Virus record (IMG/VR): IMGVR_UViG_3300037493_001906
Location: 1 to 64,000 of that record
DNA from: a virus
Length of the DNA stretch: 64,000 bases
Strand: one strand, 5' to 3'
Shown here: positions 36,501 through 44,563 of the stretch, in pieces
How positions within the stretch are numbered: the stretch's first letter is position 1
Layout of the letters: each line of letters begins with the position of its first letter
The notes under the pieces: model-generated
What the model saw: the letters and a program-made list of their open reading frames with translations, nothing else
Databases searched by the model: none
What the model was told of the DNA's origin: nothing
Program-made: the position numbers and the translations under genes

Positions 36501-38382
36501 CCATATCAAAAGCTGTCTTTGTATCTCCTCTATCTATAGCTTTATTTCTTTCTTCAAAAGCAAGTTTAACTGCAGTGGCCATAGTATTATTATGATCACC
36601 ATATATTTGAAAATTATTCAATACATGATTAGCAGCATTTAATGTACTATTTGATTCTTGTTCTTGTCTTTCTTTTTCTAAAGCTACCTTATCTGTTTTT
36701 GTATAAGCTGTAACTGCTTTTTGTTTTACAGTTTGATATGCAGCAGTACCTCCCTGGATAATACTACCCATTAAGTAACCTGATAAAAAAGTATTTAAAC
36801 CTTCTGCGTTAAATTGATTATCTACTCCTTTGCCTAATGCATCTATTACTTTATAATATCCAACCTGTGATGGGTCTTCATATATTTTTCTATAATAATC
36901 TTTATACCCATAAGATATGGCTTCCTGCATACTTTCTTGTAAACCTTCTGCTAAGTTACCTAGTATATAGCGTTTACTCCAAGGTAGATAAGCTGATTTA
37001 GTTAAAACATCAAATGCTTTTTTTCTAGTGCTTTTAACACCAGTTTCATATGCAGCTTGTCCAATTTTCCATTCCTTTGCTGCTGTCTTCTTTAAAAATC
37101 TATTGCCAGCATGTTCTATTGATTTTGCAACTTGAGCACCTGGTTTCCATCCTTTAAATAAATTTTCAAATACTAATTTATTAGTAAAATAAATAGCACC
37201 AACATTTGCTAGTTTAACATTTGCTTTAGTATTTTGTGCAGCTTGATAAATTTCTTCAGCTACTTTTTGATCAGGCATACTACCATGATCATTAAAATAT
37301 TTATCAGTTAATTCATCTTGTAAATCTGTTGAAGCACTTTCTCCTTCAAATCTTGATTCACTATAAGCAAGGTTAAGTTCACGGGCATCTCTATAAAAGT
37401 TACCAAAAGTTTTAGTAGCTTTTGCAAGTTCCCCCATATTCTTTACACCTCTACCTCCCTGATATAAATCCTTTGCCCATTGTGTAGTATGTGATAACGG
37501 ATTTAAAAACTCAAGTGTTCCTACTGCAGCTGTCTTTGCCATATTTCCTGCATTAGAAAGTGTCCAGAAATCTTTAGCCTTATCTACTGCTGATAATTCT
37601 CTAATTAATTGACTTGATCTATCTATACCTTTTGCAAGTTTACCAAAGATCATACTATTTCTTGCAATCTGTCCAGGAACAAGAGCACTAGCTCCTCCCA
37701 TAGTAAATGCTTCTGCAGCAGTAAGTGCAAAATCTTCAAGTATAACTTCAGATATAATACCAAAAGTATATGTAGATTGTAATACTTGATTATTTATCCA
37801 AGATCCAATTCCTGGTCTAGAAGACATACCAATGTCCATTCCTCTTTGCATTGCTTCATTGGCATCTTTTTCATCTCCATAAACAGATTTAAAAGCTGAA
37901 TAAACAAGAGCAGGAATTTGAGTAGTCATTCTACTAAAGTCATCCCACCAGGAACCTTTTTCATTATACCAAGTCTCATTATCTCTGTATGGAGAAAAGC
38001 CTATCTTACCAAATAAGTTATGACCATAGTATCTTTCAAAATTACCTGACTTAGTATCATTACCAAATGAATAAGACTTTGCATACTTTAAAGGATCTTC
38101 TGCATAACTAGCACCTTGCATAAAGTTTTTTACACCTTTAACAAAGTCTTCTGTATTATCAGTTTTATTCTTAGCACCAGGCATAGGACCTGTATGATAA
38201 TTACCAACTACTTGTTCAACTGCTAAACTGACTGGAGGTACAGGATCTGGTAATACAGGTAGTATAGGTGAGTTAACTTTAAGAGCAGCTAATGGATCAT
38301 ATGCAGCTTCTGTCTCAATAGGAGACATATTGAGACTAAGATCTGGTTGATCTTGGTTTGGTAAATACATTTCTTCTCCCAT
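33568..38382 (-). CDS. Giant virion cargo/ejection protein (1604 aa)
   Basis: Immediately upstream of the RNAP; Gly/Ala-rich amphipathic segments, an SH3/KOW-like beta module (about 35690-35800) and an acidic C-terminal third. Its only Cys is C1602. Confidence 0.75.
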   Translation of the reverse strand: MGEEMYLPNQDQPDLSLNMSPIETEAAYDPLAALKVNSPILPVLPDPVPPVSLAVEQVVGNYHTGPMPGAKNKTDNTEDFVKGVKNFMQGASYAEDPLKYAKSYSFGNDTKSGNFERYYGHNLFGKIGFSPYRDNETWYNEKGSWWDDFSRMTTQIPALVYSAFKSVYGDEKDANEAMQRGMDIGMSSRPGIGSWINNQVLQSTYTFGIISEVILEDFALTAAEAFTMGGASALVPGQIARNSMIFGKLAKGIDRSSQLIRELSAVDKAKDFWTLSNAGNMAKTAAVGTLEFLNPLSHTTQWAKDLYQGGRGVKNMGELAKATKTFGNFYRDARELNLAYSESRFEGESASTDLQDELTDKYFNDHGSMPDQKVAEEIYQAAQNTKANVKLANVGAIYFTNKLVFENLFKGWKPGAQVAKSIEHAGNRFLKKTAAKEWKIGQAAYETGVKSTRKKAFDVLTKSAYLPWSKRYILGNLAEGLQESMQEAISYGYKDYYRKIYEDPSQVGYYKVIDALGKGVDNQFNAEGLNTFLSGYLMGSIIQGGTAAYQTVKQKAVTAYTKTDKVALEKERQEQESNSTLNAANHVLNNFQIYGDHNNTMATAVKLAFEERNKAIDRGDTKTAFDMADQGNAQYFHHIIKTGNKKLVTDWADDMLKLSDQDLADATNTTVKESGSNRKNLNTLKERIERYDLRYKKVEDKFPNPFNPWLYSQKKNPEGFDREYHDYEAHENTVADLLFSMEDFTRISERMESISRNLAGQSEVFQNLVNVNQNGTPVANAAAHDVSLLIDGIARTTTIQTLSDQISIMKKGTPEQQKQVKPLEKQVELLKKWDSTRDFYMTQLKAEKKPMTKKERSEKAKQLKVRPGAIATHDKTAEKFKIVDIKGDKVLVETASGKTKYVSIKSISVVKAATVKGEFDKVYGDDVSFAIGELYNTYKEYLGHVTDMKKGYAFDDQLDEAFRQIKDFLHLQVDSFSTVKAINFLSNPDYFEQYRKLQSNIVSEIKTQRLFFLDNALKNFNKLRLKNDMLNKIYDLGLFVLPDDIESINDFNVPENFYNVTNKEIVNKDNPKYEEAVKVITEYAELAGKKVTTAETSTTEEGKPTEMKPAGKTPVSQQPPEQPEEEELGPNEPVRSTTSFAIMQSLEGNLIDKLIKGYKQFKEELDEAVEGDTEAILADDDFKSYVQSGGTALDIIDDYNQEYDRDEEPEVISPKSKLKSDLPYTVGKKHNFSGIVTTEAGSMNLNERPVEVITKAGVFVNEETGKKEELVILEDQETGDRYTIDLLGENAKGYMLKPYTEVENPEAMIKQAKKYYEKVIDTLDTIADFIEKYKTLDKLTLDEKIKDIEESLNDIVDNYSIDPASVKEYMKSQKDTLIDEIYKKYKAKFFDMLDNLSKSKQLKFDAEETEEEEENTIDEYTSLMEEYEKINDEDSLTEWHNKALDLKSSGIIPASIKITTLVNAKMNELANSVKWEDLTKGKLVILKNGKKMYVVSNEDNIVSLVTQFEWASKNFANSMEIDIDDYKDQIAHIVNGFNSGPKAAVKPTQDDIEDMDEGYKDVQEDDTEEIKDLVDSVETDVTKLGKTSQNFFDDMINDINNCNI

Positions 38383-38384
38383 AG

Positions 38385-41351
38385 TTATTGTCCTATTCCA
38401 AATGCTTTCATATTACTTTCAAACTTAGCTAATAAAGCTTCTGTTGGATCTTGTTCTGCTTCACTACCAAACACCTGTTGATATTTTAATACATCATTAG
38501 GATTCATTATATATGTTTTATTTTTAATTGCAGCAGCATTTCTTTTTGCAATTTCATTAAGATAATATTCCCAACCTTGATATAAGCTTTCACCACTTTT
38601 AGAAGCTGGATATGGAAAATTATAGATTGGATCATCTTCTACTAGTTTACCATCTACTACTTTATTTAAAACACCTGATGCATGAATAACACCATCTTCA
38701 TCCATTTTACTTAAAGTGATTCTTCCTCCTTTAGGAACTTCTACTGTTAAATCTTTATGTGCTAATAAAACATCTATAGGTCTGTGTGCTGTTGCTTTAG
38801 CAAATGTGTGATTTTTATTTTTAATATAGAAGCTGACACCATCTACAATTTGTGGAACATCTGCCCAAGTTTTAGTAGTACCCTGTCCTTTATTATCTTT
38901 TATAAAATCTTGATTAAACTTAACTGTTACACGTTGATACTCAGGATTACTAAGACCTATAGATTGATAAGATACTCTTCCCATTTTTTGTTCAAGTTCT
39001 TCATCTGTTGATGCTGTATTAATAGCATTTGTAAAAGCATTAATAGCTTGTTGAGCTAATGCACTATTATCTTTACTTAAGTCTCCTTCTTCACCAGCAA
39101 TACCAAAACCATATTTTGTAAATGGATCTTGATCAGAAGCATTTTTTGCAGAAATAAATCCTCTCATACCATCTCCAGCAACTTGCCCTGGTATAATATC
39201 ATATGTAATTTGCTTCATTGAATTTACATAACCTGCTTTTTTAGATAACCCAGGAAGGTTATATACAGATTCTGTATTCTTTGAATTGTTATAAGTTTGT
39301 CTATATAGTTTTGCTACATCATAATATACAGCCTCCGCATCTGAATTAGAAATGTCAGTACCTAAAGCTCCTTTTACTTCACCTTTATATCTATCTACAA
39401 ATTCTGATTTAGTAAGATTTGATCCATCATTTCTAAAATAAATAGACCAACCTAAATTAACTCTTGCATTAGATATACCACTTTCAAGAGCTTCTCTTTT
39501 AACTATCTTATTATTCTTTCTCCATTCTGCATTGCCTAATTCATAAAGATCATTATGAACAGCATATTCACCTAATATTTTTTGACCCTCACCTTTAACA
39601 AATTCTCCATGAGAAGGAATATTAGAATTAAGTTTAGCTTCATTTTGAGCATTAGCAAAAAACTTGGTAGTATTTGCTTCACCTTTCTCAGCATTATTTA
39701 ATAATAAAATATAGTCATCAATCTTGCGTCCCTTTTCATCAACAAAATCACCTCTTCCAATATCATAATTTTCCTTATAGATATTTTTAAGAGTTTGTTT
39801 TGCAAATGATACTTCTGCAGGATCTTTTGAGTTAGATACTATACCTATTAATTGTTGAGTATAACCTTTAATATATTCTGATTTTAATGGAGCAACTCCT
39901 GTACCCGCCTTAACAAAAGTATTTATTTCATCAAGTTTATTTACAGCACCAGAAGTTCCAATATTCTGATCTTCTATTGTTGCAGTATTGCCTCCTGAAA
40001 AAGCAGATCCTCTTGCTTTATTTTGGACCTCCATCTGTTTAATAGTAAAATCAAATATTTGTTTTTCTCTTTCATTTCTTCTAGCTAAATCAGCTGTAAG
40101 TTGAGTATTATCTAAAGTATTTCTTCTTGATAAATCAGCATCAAATTTAGCTTTAACATAAGGATCCGCTTCTATTTTAGTAACACCACCTGTTAATAAT
40201 GCTGCTCTAATTGCTGAATCTCCAATTTCTTTAACCATTAAAGAATTAGCAGTAATAGCATCTACTCTTTGACGTTTAGCATCTCTGTTATCTCCTACAA
40301 AGAATATACTATTAGCTATACCTTCTGATTTCTCAGCATGTCTTTTAGCTGCAGTAGAAAGAGCAACATCTAAACTAGCAGCAACATAATCATTTGATAA
40401 GCCATCATCTCCAGTTGTACCTTTATTCTTAATTGTCTTAGCAAGAATGTTTTGTCTATTCTTTTTATTGATCTCATCTTCTCTTGCCTTTTCTGCTTTT
40501 ATTCTTGATTCAGTTATAAAAGAATCTACAGTAGAGAAATATTCATCTTCAGCTTTGATCTCATCACCACCAAGTTCTTGTGCTCTTGTCTTTATCCAAG
40601 TTTTACGTTTTACATAAGACTGAGTTTCATACATGTCTTGAATCATTGGATCACTTGCAAATACATTAAGAAGTAAATCTTTATAAGATACTGCTATTAA
40701 AGAACCATTCTTCATAGTCATTTGATACATGCCATTACTACTCATTATAACACCAGAAAGACCAAACCCATTATCTCCACCTTTAGATAAAAGACCATTA
40801 AGATATGATACAGCTTTTTGAGGTACATTAATATAAGGTACATACTCACCTGGAGACATTTTCATTGCCTCTTCTTTACCAGCCTTCATGTATTCTTCAG
40901 CTCTAAGTTTAAGAGCATTTACTCCTGTATCCCAATATTGACCATCACATTTAGTAGGATCTCCACAATTAAGTTTAAAGGATTCAGCATTTTCTAATTG
41001 TTGATTATATTTTTTAGTATAAACAATGTCTTGTACAAGATCTTTATTTTGACTAAAAGAATCAAATACTGAATTAGCTGATTCAACATTTTGTTGCAAA
41101 GACAAATCAAGTCCTGATATTTTTTTAATATCCTGATCAATTAACTTAAAGTACTCATTTCTTTTTTGAATATTATCCTGACGCATCATAGGAGAATTAA
41201 GCAAAGTACCATAAGTTTGACTTAATGCCTTATAATTTGTATCATACTGACCTTGTTTTTTTTGTAATACATTATTAAGAAAATTGTAATCAGGTTGAAA
41301 AGGCTGAAACTCAGGAATATAATCTGTAACTTGTGGAATATAAGATGCCAT
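38385..41351 (-). CDS. Virion cargo/internal protein (988 aa)
   Basis: N-terminal YIPQ...FQPFQPDY followed by a long helical region; lies between the GG-motif proteins and the RNAP cluster. Confidence 0.65.
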   Translation of the reverse strand: MASYIPQVTDYIPEFQPFQPDYNFLNNVLQKKQGQYDTNYKALSQTYGTLLNSPMMRQDNIQKRNEYFKLIDQDIKKISGLDLSLQQNVESANSVFDSFSQNKDLVQDIVYTKKYNQQLENAESFKLNCGDPTKCDGQYWDTGVNALKLRAEEYMKAGKEEAMKMSPGEYVPYINVPQKAVSYLNGLLSKGGDNGFGLSGVIMSSNGMYQMTMKNGSLIAVSYKDLLLNVFASDPMIQDMYETQSYVKRKTWIKTRAQELGGDEIKAEDEYFSTVDSFITESRIKAEKAREDEINKKNRQNILAKTIKNKGTTGDDGLSNDYVAASLDVALSTAAKRHAEKSEGIANSIFFVGDNRDAKRQRVDAITANSLMVKEIGDSAIRAALLTGGVTKIEADPYVKAKFDADLSRRNTLDNTQLTADLARRNEREKQIFDFTIKQMEVQNKARGSAFSGGNTATIEDQNIGTSGAVNKLDEINTFVKAGTGVAPLKSEYIKGYTQQLIGIVSNSKDPAEVSFAKQTLKNIYKENYDIGRGDFVDEKGRKIDDYILLLNNAEKGEANTTKFFANAQNEAKLNSNIPSHGEFVKGEGQKILGEYAVHNDLYELGNAEWRKNNKIVKREALESGISNARVNLGWSIYFRNDGSNLTKSEFVDRYKGEVKGALGTDISNSDAEAVYYDVAKLYRQTYNNSKNTESVYNLPGLSKKAGYVNSMKQITYDIIPGQVAGDGMRGFISAKNASDQDPFTKYGFGIAGEEGDLSKDNSALAQQAINAFTNAINTASTDEELEQKMGRVSYQSIGLSNPEYQRVTVKFNQDFIKDNKGQGTTKTWADVPQIVDGVSFYIKNKNHTFAKATAHRPIDVLLAHKDLTVEVPKGGRITLSKMDEDGVIHASGVLNKVVDGKLVEDDPIYNFPYPASKSGESLYQGWEYYLNEIAKRNAAAIKNKTYIMNPNDVLKYQQVFGSEAEQDPTEALLAKFESNMKAFGIGQ

Positions 41352-41405
41352 TTTTTTTATTGTAAATTTATAACAAATATTTAAAGTTTAATAAACATAT
41401 AAAGT

Positions 41406-44400
41406 TTATCCTTGCTCGTCATCAAATGTAGCTCCAGCAGTAGGATAACCTTGAACAGTTGATTTATCTTGTTTATATTGAGCATATGCATCATTTGGAA
41501 CTTTACCTGCATCAATCATCATTAAGAGTTTAACTGCATTATTAAGATCAGCAGCACTAGCTGTTGCTAATTGAGGATTACCTTGAATAGCTTCTCTAAC
41601 ATAATCTTGATAAGTTTTTCTAACTGAGTCAGATGGTTTAAAACTTCTTGGATCATGGAACACTAATGAACCACCTCTTGAAGGATCAACAGCAAATTGT
41701 GGATATAATGAATTAAGTGATGCTGTATTTGCTCTATTAGTTATAGCTTGAACATAATTATTAACTAAAGTATTTTTAGCTTGTCTTTTAGAGTTATCAA
41801 ATAATTGATTTGCTATTGTATTCTTATCATATAATCCTGTTTGTTCCTGAGCTCTGATTGCAGCAGCTTGATTCATTAAAGCTGCATTTTCTCTAGAAAA
41901 TGTATTTGCTAAATTAACATTAAGATTATTTACTCTACCTAATGTATTAGCTGCTTGTTCAGCTGCTTTTCCTTGCATTTCTCCATATCTAGAATTAAAT
42001 GCTTGAGGTCCAGTAAAAGATGATAATGCTTGAGCACCTATATTTAATTGTTCTGCATTCTCAGCTAGTTCTCTTTCAGGAGAAAAATATGTTGGTGTAG
42101 GAGTATACACAGGGGTAGTAGCTTGCCAAGGACTATATTTATTAATAGTAGCATAATCAGATGCAGCATTAGCTGTTTTTATAATATCTTGTAACCACCA
42201 AGCTGGATTAGGATTGGCTCTTTGTAATTGATTAAGATGAGAAACTTTAGTTGTATCTGGTTCACCTGTTGTAGTTGTAGTAGCAGGACCAGCTGTAGTA
42301 GTTGGTTGTTGTTCTTTTTGCTGAGCTTTTTCAATTTTTAATTTTTTGAGATCAGCTAAATATTGTTTTGTTCTACGTCCAAATAAACCTTCTGCGTTTT
42401 CTTCTAAATCATATTTTTTTAAACCTTTATTAACTCCATATGTAGTTTTTTGTGGGTCAGCTGAAATAATTTTTCTAGCTCTATTAGGAAGATACTCATG
42501 ATATTTTCTTTGAAAAAGTTGTGTCTTAGGACTATACTTATTTGAATCACCTGCTGATTCTTTTTCAGCTTCTTCATATAATTTTACAAGTTCATTGTAC
42601 TTTTCTTCAGGTAATACATTTTCTGTTTCTTCAAAATCACCTATTGAATCATCTTCATATACTGGTCTAATCTTATCTTCTGATGGACTATACTGATATT
42701 TTTTAATTTTCTTGGTACCTCCAACTTGAAAATAATCATCTATGGCACCACCATATTTTTTAATTACTTGTACGTCATCTGAACCAGATCTATCAGTAGT
42801 AATAGGAACAGCCTTTTGTTGAACTACAGGTTCATTATTTTGTGTAGTTGCCTCTGCTGTTCTTGCAGCTTCCTGACCTTGATTAGTAGCTTCTAAAGCT
42901 TGTCTAAGTGATTGTCTTTCTGCTTCAGCTTTTGCATCTGCAGCTCTTTTTATCCTTATAGCTTCTTCCTGTTCTGAAATAGTTTGTAGATTTTTATTAG
43001 CTTGTTCCCTAAGTGCATTATTTTCTTGACTATTTTGACTACCTCTTGTTTGACCAGTAAGATTAGCTGCTACATTTATGCCACCAATAGTTTTACCTAA
43101 TCCAGTACCTAATAAGTAAGATTCATTTAATACATCTTTAAGTTCTGATGCTGGTTTTACTGCTTGTCTCGCAGCACTTGAAGCTTTCATTCTAGTTACA
43201 ATAGGTGTTGCAGAAACTTTAACTGCTTGTTTTTCTGCTGTATTGATTGCAGCTTTAGCAGCTGCAACATTTGATCTTGTAGCTGGTGCACCTGTTTTAT
43301 AAAGAACTTGACCTACTTTACTTTTTTCAGTCATATTAGTTATATCTTTTGCTTCCTTAGAAAGTTTACCAGCAAGTTTAGATTTTTTAATAATAGCAGC
43401 ATGTTCCAATGCAAGCTCAGCAGCTGATTTACCAATATTAGTTGCAACATGTTTACCCGTTGTTCTAGCAGATATTTCAGCTGCTTTTTTTGCAACAGCT
43501 TTATATCCCATTGAACCAAGTTTAGCAATTGCTTCAGGACCAAGTAATGCAAGATTCACTGGGTCTAAAAGTAAATCAGTTAAAAAAGCACCTGTTCCAG
43601 ATTGTATACCCATAGCTTCACTTGGTGTTCTCCAGTTTTGATAATTACTTAAAAAGTCACCAGGATGCATAAGTTGACTTGGATTTGCAACAGCTTCTGT
43701 TATCATTCTTTGAGGTGCACTTAATGCTTTACCTGTTTGTTCTAATGCACTTCCAATCCAATCACCAAGTTGTGCTTTAGGTAATCCTCCATAAGCCATT
43801 TCATATTGGTCAAACATGCCTCCATGTTTACGTACTTGTAATTGCTGTAGGACACCGCCATAAGCAGCAGTCATATTATCACCTTCACTTGTTTCATCAT
43901 CTCCTTCACCAGGATTTATTTGAACAAATTCAGATGGATCAATTTGCATTGATTCTAAATATGGTGTTGCTATAGAAGGGATGCCTTGAGGAAAACCTTT
44001 TTTAGATTCTTGAATAAGACCTAACTTAGCAAGTTTAAGATTGTAGTTAGCAATCATTTGCTCAGCAGTACTTCTTTGAAGATCATCAGTATCTGGATCT
44101 GCAAGTACTTTTTTATATTTATTTATATTATATTTCTTAGCAATATCTGCAGGAGTATATCCACCTTTTTTTTCAGACATACCAAATTGAGCTAAGATAG
44201 CTGGATCTTTAATCCTCATCTTAGCTGTATCACTAAATATAAAAGAGTCATCAGGAAGATTTAAAGGTGTGCCTCCTTCATAATGTCTTTTGCCTCCAAT
44301 TTTAAAAGTATCAGGAATACCACCTGCTCCAGGAGTCATTGCTACTTCACCTCTTTCAGCTTCAAGATTTGCTTCATTTCTTGGTACTGGACCAATAGTT

Positions 44401-44558
44401 GAATTTACATCTACATCAGGTGCTGACATTTTACCTGCCATAATTGGCCAAGGCATAACATTGGAATTGAAACCAAGACCTGCTCTAAGACCTTGCAACT
44501 TTACTTCTGCCCCTGATTTAAGATTAGGCATTCTGGTTATTCTAACTTTTCTTTTCAT
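41406..44558 (-). CDS. Virion internal/cargo protein (1050 aa) with xxGG motifs
   Basis: Conserved-looking N-terminal domain (ANLEAERGE...GKRHYEGG...FIFSD), MAYGGLPKAQLG and KKYGG motifs, Ala-rich amphipathic middle. Confidence 0.7.
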   Translation of the reverse strand: MKRKVRITRMPNLKSGAEVKLQGLRAGLGFNSNVMPWPIMAGKMSAPDVDVNSTIGPVPRNEANLEAERGEVAMTPGAGGIPDTFKIGGKRHYEGGTPLNLPDDSFIFSDTAKMRIKDPAILAQFGMSEKKGGYTPADIAKKYNINKYKKVLADPDTDDLQRSTAEQMIANYNLKLAKLGLIQESKKGFPQGIPSIATPYLESMQIDPSEFVQINPGEGDDETSEGDNMTAAYGGVLQQLQVRKHGGMFDQYEMAYGGLPKAQLGDWIGSALEQTGKALSAPQRMITEAVANPSQLMHPGDFLSNYQNWRTPSEAMGIQSGTGAFLTDLLLDPVNLALLGPEAIAKLGSMGYKAVAKKAAEISARTTGKHVATNIGKSAAELALEHAAIIKKSKLAGKLSKEAKDITNMTEKSKVGQVLYKTGAPATRSNVAAAKAAINTAEKQAVKVSATPIVTRMKASSAARQAVKPASELKDVLNESYLLGTGLGKTIGGINVAANLTGQTRGSQNSQENNALREQANKNLQTISEQEEAIRIKRAADAKAEAERQSLRQALEATNQGQEAARTAEATTQNNEPVVQQKAVPITTDRSGSDDVQVIKKYGGAIDDYFQVGGTKKIKKYQYSPSEDKIRPVYEDDSIGDFEETENVLPEEKYNELVKLYEEAEKESAGDSNKYSPKTQLFQRKYHEYLPNRARKIISADPQKTTYGVNKGLKKYDLEENAEGLFGRRTKQYLADLKKLKIEKAQQKEQQPTTTAGPATTTTTGEPDTTKVSHLNQLQRANPNPAWWLQDIIKTANAASDYATINKYSPWQATTPVYTPTPTYFSPERELAENAEQLNIGAQALSSFTGPQAFNSRYGEMQGKAAEQAANTLGRVNNLNVNLANTFSRENAALMNQAAAIRAQEQTGLYDKNTIANQLFDNSKRQAKNTLVNNYVQAITNRANTASLNSLYPQFAVDPSRGGSLVFHDPRSFKPSDSVRKTYQDYVREAIQGNPQLATASAADLNNAVKLLMMIDAGKVPNDAYAQYKQDKSTVQGYPTAGATFDDEQG

Positions 44559-44563
44559 ATTAA

